The notes beneath the pieces were generated by a model, which saw only the letters and a program-made list of their open reading frames with translations, had not been told where the DNA came from and ran no database searches. From Octopus vulgaris (taxonomy: Eukaryota): a stretch of 64,000 nt of DNA. The stretch spans positions 18,476,001 through 18,540,000 of the forward strand of contig OX597814.1 in assembly GCA_951406725.2 (NCBI GenBank), given 5' to 3'. The position numbers and the translations under genes are program-made. This document shows positions 53,751 to 64,000 of this stretch, piece after piece (position 1 is the stretch's first letter; each line of letters opens with the position of its first letter).

Positions 53751-54465
53751 TGTATGTATGTATGTATGTATGTATGTATGTATGTATGTATGTATGTATG
53801 TATGTATGTATGTATGCATGTATGTATTCATGTATGTATGTAAGCATGTATGCATGAATGTATGTATGTATGTATGTATGTATGTATGTATTATGTATGT
53901 ATGTATGTATTAGGTATGTATGTATGCATGCATTAATGAATGTATTATGTATGTATGTGTGCATACATGTATGGTTGTGGTAATGCATTTATGGTTGTTG
54001 TAATGTATGCGTTTAGATCTGTATTTATGTATATTTGGGAATTTGTTCCTATCTCTTCAGAAAAATTGCTAGATTTATAGATCTGCTATATACATAATGA
54101 ACTTAACACATTCATTTTATATTATTTTATTTATTTATTTATTTATTCATCATTTCTTCATTCAGTAAGGTATTTTCTCTTAAACGGCTTCCTATAATTT
54201 AGTGGAAGTTCTATATTTAATTCATCTATTTATTTTTCTCTATTCCGGTCCTGTCATATATAGCCTGCCAAACGTTGCTGCATTTGCCCCACGGCTAATG
54301 GACCATACCGAACCGATCACCTCTCATACCAATGCAGATGGATATGATATACTTCAAGATTTCAAGATTTCGATGCAGTCTGAAAGACAAGTTTGGCTAA
54401 TGATGATGCTTAAAGATATACTCAAAAATAACTCAGACGTCCAAGATTGTTTTCACCAGTATCGT

Positions 54466-54521
54466 GTATAAAGTTTACGTACGATACTAGCTCGATTTTC
54501 ATTCTATGTATTAAGTATTAA

Positions 54522-54579
<58 letters not shown>

Positions 54580-56770
54580 GCATACAAATATTAGTGTGGT
54601 CACATGTGTGAGTATGTGTGTGTGTGTGTGTGTCTGTGTGTATGTGTGTCTGTGTGCAAGCATTCGTTTACTTCATTCAACTTCAGCTTTTCTTTGTTTC
54701 CACTTTCGAAAATTCTATATAAAAGTGCATCATAATTATATGATTATTAATGCATATGCCCTTGGTAAATCAGCTGAAACACGTGTCGGATATTATATTT
54801 ATTAATGTCTATATTTTATGGGTTAGAATAAATAATTGATATATCAATTTTCCATAAATAACTTTGTTATATAAATATGTATGTATGTGTGTGTGTGTGT
54901 CTTTGTGTCTGTGCTTGTCCTCGCATCGTCGGCTGACAACCGGTGTTGGTGTGTTTACGTCCCCGTAACTTAGCAGTTCGGCAAAGAGACCGATATAAAA
55001 GATACTAGGTCTTAAAACAATAAATTTCTTTGAGGTAGGGGGGGGGATTCTTCGACAAAAACACTTCAAGGCTGTGCTCCAGCATGGCTGCTATCAAATG
55101 ACAAGGAAAATAAAAGGATTAAAGAATATGTATACATATACGTGAATGTGTGTGTGTATGTGTTTGTGTGTGTGTGTGTGTTTGTGCAAGTAATGTGTGT
55201 CTGTGTATGCACGTACAAGCAATTGTGTCTGAATAACAATAGCAGTTACCATGCGAATACGTCTCTGTATTGTGTAGTATTTATAATGTTAGTATATGCT
55301 TACGTGCTGATATATGTGTGTGATATATTTCCATACGTGAAGATATCCTCTGTAGGATTAACCTATGTCAACTATGACGTGTGTAGGTATAAAATTGTGT
55401 TCAAGTGATGCTTTATACTCTCTTTATGTGTTTCAGTCATTTGAGTGCGGCCAATCTGGAGCACCGCCTTTAGTCGAGCAAATGGACCCCAGGACTTACT
55501 CTTTGTAAGCCTAGTACTTATTCCATCAGTCTCTTAATGCCGAACCACTAAGTTACGAGGATATAAACACACCATAATCGGTTGTCAAGCGATGTTGGGG
55601 GAGGGGGATAAACACACAAACATATATATAAATATACAAATATACGACGGGCTTCTTTCAGTTTCCATCTACCAAATCTACTCACACGGCTTTGGTCGGC
55701 CCGAGGCTATAGTAGAAGACACTTGCCCAAGGTGTCAAGCAGTGGAACTGGACCAGAAACCATGTGGTTGATAAGCAAGCTACTTACCACACAGCCACTC
55801 CTGCGCCTAAAAGGTGATATAGTGAAATTAGTTCTACGAGATATGGAGGAGCATCCGATGCGAAAGATGACTTGGTGTTCCTTGTGAAAGTGAGAAATGA
55901 TTGCATGGTGCTAAAAGATGCCACAGACATTCTGTTCAATTGCCCTTCCACATAGGAAGATAGAACTGTGTCTGCTCTTTTGTTCTGGATGTACAAGTAA
56001 TCAAATATCGTTCAGTGCAAAGCTTAGGGTGAAAGTTCGATTCCAGTTAGCTTGCTATAATGTATGTACTACATTGATGATAACTATTTTTCCGTTTACT
56101 TGAAGTAATCTCCACGTGTAGAACGAAACATGATGAAGAAAATAAAGAACCAGATAGGAAAGAATATTTCTATTTGGCTCTTTCTTAACTACATCATATT
56201 TAGACGCTCATAAGCACTTCTGATGGACAACATGCATATTATTAGTAGCTATCAATTAAAAAAATATACTTAACTTAGGTATGAAGGAATAATATATTGA
56301 GATAAAGATTCTAGTTGCGATACTGCGATAATTTCGTACAATGAGATGGGGGAATTCAGTAACATTTGAAAGTTTTTAACCGGCACATTCATTCAAGCAG
56401 GATAGTTTTATCTTTGTAAAGCTAAAACCAACATCTGTTGTGTAATTATACTGCCATGTAACAAAAATCCCACCCTACAATTAAAATTTATGTTATATAA
56501 ACATAGATATGTGTGTATGCCTGTGTGTGCGTGTGTGTGTGTGCGTATGTGTGTGCATGGGTATTTATGTGTGATGAGCAGTTAGAAACGGTATCGAATA
56601 TCATTGTACATTTAATTAATTTCTGGTTAGAATAAGGCGTGAAATTTTCCTATATATTTAGAATAAAGAAAAGTGTATACATGTGCGTGTGTGTATGTGT
56701 GTGTGTGTATGTGTTTAATACTTAATACATAGAATTAAAATCGAGCTAGTATCGTACGTAAACTTTATAC
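54466..56770. repeat. Long-range inverted repeat (arms 54466-54531 and 56705-56770)
   Basis: gtataaagtttacgtacgatactagctcgatttt(c/a)attctatgtattaagtattaaacacatacac and its reverse complement, with 1 mismatch in ~66 bp, extended inward by (CA)n/(TG)n. Confidence 0.9.
55417..55808 (-). mobile_element. SINE family B
   Basis: Full-length minus-strand copy. A 3'-half plus-strand copy lies at ~54890-55125. Confidence 0.88.
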
Positions 56771-57138
56771 AGGAGCAGGAGTGGCTGTGTGGTAAGTAGC
56801 TTGTTTATCAGCCACATGGTTCCGGGTTCAGTCCCACTGCGTGGCATCTTGGGCAAGTGTCTTCTACTATAGCCCCGGGCCGACCAATGCCTTGTGAGTG
56901 GATTTGGTAGACGGAAACTAAAAGAAGCCCGTCCTATATATGTACATATATATGCGTGTGTGTGTTTGTGTGTCTGTGTTTATCCCCCTAGCATTGCTTG
57001 ACAACCGATGCTGGTGTGTTTACGTCCGCGTTACTTAGCGGTTTGGCAAGGGAGACCGATAGAATAAGTACAGGGCTTACAAAAAGAATAAGTCCCGGGG
57101 TCGAGTTGCTCGATTAAAGAGTAAAAAGAGTAAAAGAG
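56771..57138 (+). mobile_element. SINE family B with deleted tail stem-loop
   Basis: Head and body are intact; the ggcggtgctcc...gaaac segment is missing before (gagtaaaa)n. Confidence 0.88.
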
Positions 57139-58395
57139 TATACCATCTGCAAGTCACCTAAGTGTAATGGGTTTCCGATTTTTAAAAGCTAAGTAAAATT
57201 TTTGCTGACAGCGGATTGCGGATATTCAAAATAAAAGACTCTGAAAACTGCAAAATGACTACTTACGAAGTTTGGTTTTAAAACTGAACACATAAACGTG
57301 AGCTGCATTATAATAATATAATATTGCCTACATACATTTCTAGACAAATAAACATTTATCGAGATTTTATAATTATGATGAATACGTCTTGTATACCGTG
57401 TAATTTCCGCGGGTCATTGTTTAGCCTCAAATTTTTATTTGATTTATTACAGCATATCTCATTTAAAATTATTTATTTAAACTCTTATTCATTGTAGTCT
57501 GAATATTTCTACAGCTGTTAAAATTCTACTGAGTGACATTGTTTGCGGCAAAAGCAATTTTTTCCAACCTTCTCACATCTGAGCATTGGCTGAAGACGAT
57601 TTTGAAATATTTTCTGCTTCAGATTTTTTCTTCTGGGTTTGGTTTATTTTATTTTGTATTCAAAGTTTTTTTTTTCGTGCAATGCATTCTTTATATAGTT
57701 TCAATGTTGTCATCGTAAGTTCCCTTTCGAATTTTTGTAAAATAGCCTACGGATTTTCAAACTCTTGCTATACTTCGTTGGATTCTTGTTAATAAAAAGT
57801 TCTTAAAGAAGTACCAATATAGCTGAAGTTTTATACAAAGTAGATTAGTATATATGGTAGGCAAATTCATTATGTAAAAAAAATATAGGCATTGGGTCAA
57901 GACTAAAAATGTAAAAACTTGGCAATAACTTAAGCAATAACGCAAGCAAATTTTACTGTGAATTTGTTGTTATAGGTAGATTTTATTGTAATATATAACT
58001 AATTTTTGTATTATTCTATTTATTGTACTAATTCTGTACTTCTATTATTTTATGAACTATTTTCAAATTTCTAATTATTAATTAATAATTTTAAAAAATA
58101 AATTTTTTTAAAGTGCAAAAAAGTTATTTTAAGTTATTTTTAATTTGTAATAGAATAACAAGTAATAACAAATAAAGAATCGTTTATGGCTTTAAATTTT
58201 GAATAGTCCTCTCTGAAACTTGCTTCCACGGCAAAGCTAGTGAATGAAGGCTTTGCACCAATGAAAGAAATCTATTCTGTAAGCTCATTTGCATTAAATT
58301 GCTTCTGGCTATCCTCGGCTTCTGTCAAAGTTCTTGAACAAATTATTCTTCGTCATCAAATTCTGTCAACTGCTTTTTTGAGTGAACTGACCATA

Positions 58396-58468
58396 AAGGC
58401 AAGAAAATTACTTTGACAGTTTCTATCCGTGTGCCATGACAATTGTCAACAAACACGACTGTTTCACC
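58396..58468 (-). pseudogene. Possible pogo/Tigger DDE transposase remnant
   Basis: The minus strand translates ETVVFVDNCHGTRIETVKVIFLP, resembling the pogo-family LLxxDNxxxH...IxxxFLP motif. The match is short and isolated. Confidence 0.4.
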
Positions 58469-58518
58469 TTAATTTCAAATCTACGTAAATAACAGCTTGT
58501 TGAAAATATCATTCATAC

Positions 58519-58946
58519 AGGCGCAGGAGTGGCTGTGTGGTAAGTAGCTTGCTAACCAGCCACATGGTTCCGGGTTCAGTCCCACCGCGTGGCATCTTGG
58601 GCAAGTTTCTTCTGCTATAGCCCCGGGCCGACCAATGCCTTGTGAGTGGATTTGGTAGACGGAAACTGAAAGAAGCCTGTCTTATGTATGTATATATATA
58701 TGTGTGTGTATGTGTATGTTTGTGTGTCTGTGTTTGTCCCCCCCCCCCCCCAACATCACTCGACAAGCGATGCTGGTGTGTTTACGTCCCCGTTACTTAA
58801 CGGTTCGGCAAAAGAGACCGATAGAATAAGTACTGGGCTTACAAAGAATAAGTCCCGGGGTCGAGTTGCTCGACTAAAGGCGGTGCTCCAGCATGGCCGC
58901 AGTCAAATGACTGAAACAAGTAAAAGAGTAAAGAGTAAAAAGAGAG
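58519..58946 (+). mobile_element. SINE family B
   Basis: Full-length near-consensus copy. Confidence 0.92.
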
Positions 58947-59271
58947 TATATTAGAACTAAAATGAACCAGTAAGCTTTTGACGCATTAGAATCTCTCTTT
59001 TCTGTCTTGTTCTTATTAGTAAAACAAAACGAAAAAGTTATGCTTTCCTCTTGAAAATTTAAATTTTCTGGCATAATTTCATTTTAAAACAAATTAGTAT
59101 CCTTGGTAATTAATTACATGGTACTAGATGTTTTTTCTCCGGATCATAAATATTCCTAATAGAACAATCGGTAATGAATTTTGGTCATTTTCACTGATAA
59201 AAGAAAAGGAAAACCTCTACATATTTTACGTCGCAACGAATCCGGTATTTACTCAATATCTACTCACACTC

Positions 59272-59645
59272 AAGGCTGGTAGAAACGTTAGTACGCCGGA
59301 CAAAATGCTTAGCAGTATTTCGACTGTCTTTGTGTTCTGAGCTCAAATTCTACCGAGATCGACTTTGCCTTTCATCCTTTCGGGATCGATAAATTAAGTA
59401 CCAGTTGCGTACTGGTGTCGATCTAATCGACTGACCAGTCTCCCTAAAAAACTTTTAAGGCTTTGTGCCTAAAGGAGAAATAATTACTTTAAGATGGCGA
59501 GCTAGCACAAACGTTAGCACGCCGGGCGAAATGTTTCGTCTGTCTATACATTCTCAGTTCAAATTCCGCTGAAGTCGACTTTGCTTTTCATCTTTTCGTG
59601 GTCGATAAATTAAGTATCAGTTGCGTCCTGGAGTTGATCTAATCT
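59272..59645 (+). mobile_element. Two adjacent SINE family A copies
   Basis: Copies at ~59272-59480 (tail 2) and ~59493-59645 (3'-truncated). Confidence 0.8.
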
Positions 59646-59924
59646 TTTGTAACATGCTTTCATATCAGGAATACAGCTGGAATGTACATATTTAGCATGA
59701 ATATACTTTCCATCTACTCATGGGAACTCTATTTCTCTTCCTTGTCACTAATCGCCAGAACAATGCTGGCCAAACAATTTTATACAATCGTATATAATCC
59801 ATTCATATTTTAAGATATTTCCTATGAAGAACTGTTTTACATAATGCATCCGTCTATTTTTAATGATAGTCTTTGACTAAAATGCTTTTGTTTTTACTTG
59901 CAGATCATCTACATCGCAAATGTA

Positions 59925-60487
59925 TTGGGTTGTCCGGAAAGTTCGTGCCGATTTACAGTAGCTTACATTTCGACTTATATTAGAACATGGTTGAGTCCAT
60001 AAAATCGGATTTGACTACACCACCATTTTGAGCACAGTTTAAGCTACATTTTCGTGGAAGAAGATTTATGTTCCTATAACCTGTGTTAATTCTGTAACCC
60101 TTTAAAATGGAAGATAAGAAAGTTCATTTTCAGCACTTGATGCTTTGGGAACCAGACAAAAAATACCGCAGCTCGGCTGGGATGTGTTACCCCCACCCTG
60201 CATATTCACCAGATATTGCTTCTTCGGATTTCCACTTATTCAGGTCCCTGCAGAATAGTCTTAATGGTAAAAATTCCAATTCCTTGGATGACGTAAAAAG
60301 ATACCTTGATGAATTCTTTGCCAAGAAACCACCTCAATTCTGGGAAAAGGGTATTTTCAAATTAAGGGAAAGATAGAGACGCATTGTGCAACAGAATGGT
60401 TCATATTTGGTTGATTAAAAATGTAATGGCAAGTATTTATTCAACTTTTTCTTTTAAAAATCGGCATGAACTTTCCGGACAAACCAA
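59925..60487 (+). mobile_element. Internally deleted mariner element with both TIRs
   Basis: TA-ttgggttgtccggaaagttcgtgccgattt ... aaatcggcatgaactttccggacaaaccaa-TA. ORF 60107-60376 joins the N-terminus MEDKKVHFQHLMLWE to HPAYSPDIASSDFHLFRSLQNSL (the mariner YSPDLAPxD motif). Confidence 0.93.
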
Positions 60488-61296
60488 TATTTCTCTCCAG
60501 TTTTCGCTAATTAAATTTTGATCGATCGGCAGTATCATGATTTTGTATTTCTCTGTGATTCCTTATAAATCTGAACTATTCACGTAGACGTTTGAGTTTT
60601 CACTGACAAGTATTTTCTTCTATATTATAAGGTCATACCATTTTCGAATTTCAGAATGGTTTAAGATGCATTATTCTGCATATTTCACGTAACAAATGCA
60701 CGTAGGGTATATCTTGAGTTAGCCACGTCATCATGTCATATTCATTGTTATTTGCCGTCACTCGACCTGTGTTTAGTTGTTATATATTCATGCCTTTCAC
60801 GGGTATATGTCATTTAAGCGATACGTTGTTAGATTATTAAGTTTGTATTCAGCAAGCTTTGATATAAATGCTCTTTTAATTTGCTTGTCCTTTTTTTTCT
60901 TTTATACTACACTTGCTAAATACGATTTGCAACTATAGCTGACCTTTACATTGTTTTCAGTGGGAAGAAAAAAGGATGAGAACATATAGTACAGGTGGCT
61001 TGTAGGATTATGATTGCTAAGATATTTCGTGCAATGTTGCATGCTAGGATAATCCATATTATATTTCTATTCTCGTTTTCCTGGCTGTTGCTAGTAGATC
61101 AGAATTTGTACTATATACTTTGATATCATCATCTTCAAATGAATAAACTGTACTTGTACTGAATAATCCCATTTTATTCTGTGTAATATGCTTCAAGACA
61201 CAGTTACAATGAAATGCATACTCACAAGTACATACAGACGTATATGTGTGCATGTGTATAGGACTATGTGCTTGTGTGCCTGTTACGTGTATGTAC

Positions 61297-61445
<149 letters not shown>

Positions 61446-61709
61446 GGTGTATTTTTCTTTCTATAGGCTGCTTCTGACGTTATATCATATAACGTGTTTT
61501 CAAACAATATTAATAGCGTTCAGTATATCACTATACATATCCATCATTTTCTGTGAAAATATCTTATTGACGAGTTTCATTTCTTCACTTCCTCGAAGAG
61601 AAGATTACATTGCTTTACACCTTTTCTTCTTTTGAATAATATCAGTGAAATCTTCGAAACATGTGTCTGAAGTAAAAGTATTTGAATTATACCTGCGTTG
61701 AACTCCATT

Positions 61710-61753
<44 letters not shown>

Positions 61754-62167
61754 CAGGATTTTCACGTGAGTGAACCTTATCTTAACTACATGCTCTATGA
61801 TATTTTCCTGCCCTCAGTACTGTTTACCATGCTTTCTAACTTCACTGGTTTTCTGGATATGCTAAATTTCGTTCTTGATGAATTTCAGTCACCCTGTAAT
61901 TTGGGAAAATTTATATTTATTTCCCTGTTCCAATGCTGTCCGTGGGACTTGTGCATCTACCTTCACTTCTTTTAACTCCGGATTAAAATTTGTCACCATA
62001 ACAACTCTTCTTTCGTCCTTTCTTCTTTTTTTTTTAGTTTTTGTCGACGCTGCGACTTTAGTAGGAATTTTGCTTTATGCAGTAGCACAATAGATTCTTC
62101 ATTCGCGTAAAACACGGAGTAAGGAAATGGAAACCAAATGCCTGACGTAGAAAATTTCTATCACACC

Positions 62168-62430
62168 GCTCTCTTTAACATTACACCAAAACACATTAAA
62201 ACAGAAACTGACCCTATAGGGTTCAAGAAGTCTTTGGACAGATTCCTTCAAGAAATCCCGGATAAACCCCCTACACCCGGATATGTCTCTGTAAACAATA
62301 ACTCTCTACTTGAGTGGGCTATAGTGCCCAAATTCTGACTTGAAAGACTTCACCAGGTGGTGCTATTAAGTTAGACATGGCCTGGACCAATAATGGCCGA
62401 AACCTATCAAAGTATCAAAGTATCAAAGTA
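62168..62430 (+). mobile_element. 5'-truncated CR1-group (Zenon-like) LINE 3' end
   Basis: LFNITPKHIKTETDPIGFKKSLDRFLQEIPDKPPTPGYVSVNNNSLLEW parallels the C-terminus at 26030-26200. The tail is three copies of tatcaaag. Confidence 0.8.
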
Positions 62431-62942
62431 CACCTTACAATTCCCACCTTAGCGATATCTCATGCACTTACTTAGAATGACCACAAGAATTCAACAAGAG
62501 TCCATACCGAAAACTTCACTGGAACTTCTCTGTAGCACCTCAATGGCATTATCACAAACCTCCTACACATTATGATCTAAATCGTAATAGAGTGCCTAGG
62601 CATTATTTCGCAGACCATCATACAAGTAGCTAAAATTGTTAAGAGCTTTTTCAGCGATGCTGCTATCAGGTTTCCTATAATTTCAAGTACATCTCCATAC
62701 AGTTATGCATTCCCACACTTGTAAATAACGACACTATGTATGCGTACACAAACTCTCTCCACCACACACATATACATACATATATATATGCATATATATA
62801 CATACGTGCATACATGCATGCATATATACATGCATACTTTCGTGCATAATTGCATACATACATACATACATACATACATGCATATATATATACATAAATA
62901 CATACATACGTTCATGCATAATTGCATATATTCATGCATGTA

Positions 62943-63825
62943 CGTGGTCTGATCAATAAGCATACGGACTGTTGCCATAGTACGTGGTCTGATCAATAAG
63001 CATACGGACTGTTGCTAAAGCGCGTAGTAGTAAAGCTGCATGGCACAGATTAACCTTGAACTCTGTTGTGAATGTGCACTAAGTTTTAACGTTCTAGCTC
63101 AATTCTGCTCTTTACAGCACTGCTTGAAAGAAATGTGTGTAGCGTGTGATCGTCGCATTGAGCACGACAAAGAAATTTGAGCAGAGAATCTGCATCAAAT
63201 TTTGCTAAAAGCTTGGTGATAACTGCTCAGAGGCCTTCGCAAAGTTTTCAAAACGTTTTCATCATTCTCGACTCGGTCAAGATCTTGTACAATTCTCTTT
63301 GGTCAGCTGAAAGCAGTTTGGGCACAAACTTCGGAGACATGCGTCTCGTACCCAAATCTTCAGTGATAATGGACTGAACTGAGCCGTAACTAATTTGCAC
63401 ATCCTCTAATAACTCACGAATGGTGATTCAACGATGTTCTCTCTCGGCTGTGGTCACATTCTGCAATATTTTTCCTCAGTTCTGCTGGTTGAGGTCTCCC
63501 AGAACGTTCGTCACTATCGACATTTTTCGGCCATCTTGGAAACGGCTGAAACCCTCGTACACTTGTGTGCGGCTCATACACACCCCTCCATACACTTTCT
63601 GCAACCTTGCGTAGGTCTCTTAGCAGATATCGCCATAACAACGATCACACGACACTCACCTTCCTTCCAAGCACTGCAATTAAACAACGGAAATGAGCTG
63701 GAACGTTGAAACCTAATGCGAATGCAGAGTTGATTCCCAAGTGAATTTGTGCCAAGCGGCTTCACTCTGCATGCTTTTGTTTCGTTACTATGGCAATATT
63801 CCGGATATTTATTCATCAGACATCG
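62943..63825. mobile_element. Mariner derivative built from two opposed 5' arms, with a tandemly duplicated left TIR
   Basis: Left TIR cgtggtctgatcaataagcatacggactgttgcc occurs twice with a 40-bp period. The + arm encodes FEQRICIKFC*KLGD. The - arm encodes ETYARLQKVYGGVCMSRTQVYEGFSRFQDG..DSDERSGRP..ISYGSVQSIITEDLG..KFVPKLLS (frameshifted). The right TIR ends atcagacatcg-TA. Confidence 0.85.
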
Positions 63826-64000
63826 TATACATACACTATGCATGCATACTTACACACATACATAAATGCATGCATACATACAAACATATATAAATACATA
63901 CATACATACATACATACATACATACATACATACATACATACATCCTTCCATCAATCCATTCTTCCGTCCATATATACATGATGTTGAAATTCCAGTGAAG

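Noticed and set aside
54202-54471. 89-aa non-repetitive ORF ending at the inverted-repeat arm
   Set aside because: No recognisable domain, a non-ATG start and no clear splice sites.
60107-60376. Domesticated SETMAR-like gene or active transposase
   Set aside because: Most of the DNA-binding and catalytic region is deleted, the ORF stops early, and it sits between TIRs with TA TSDs.

Overview
This is AT-rich eukaryotic (animal) genomic DNA, intronic or intergenic, saturated with microsatellites ((TA)n, (TG)n, (TACA)n, (GATA)n, (AAT)n) and transposon relics. The SINE families and microsatellite density suggest an octopod cephalopod (inference from recall, not verified). No intact host gene, rRNA, functional tRNA or CRISPR array can be supported, and almost all listed ORFs are microsatellite or SINE artefacts. 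The window contains five tRNA-like SINE families (labelled A-E here), CR1-like LINE 3' ends and an RT relic, an R4/Dong-like RLE LINE relic, a Ty3/Gypsy relic, three mariner derivatives, two MITEs and non-autonomous Helitrons. The most notable observations are: (1) a TSD-bounded composite at 38299-39203 joining a tRNA-like Pol III head to a Penelope-like tail with a hammerhead-ribozyme-like motif and an inverted 5' copy, with a second minimal hammerhead motif at 623-657; (2) SINE-A dimers and trimers with a fixed junction, inserted as single TSD-bounded units; (3) two SINE/LINE 3'-tail partnerships visible within the window; (4) one SINE head with four different tails; (5) several template-switch scars and an unexplained 66-bp inverted repeat spanning 2.3 kb. 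All coordinates and alignments were read by eye and may be off by a few bases.
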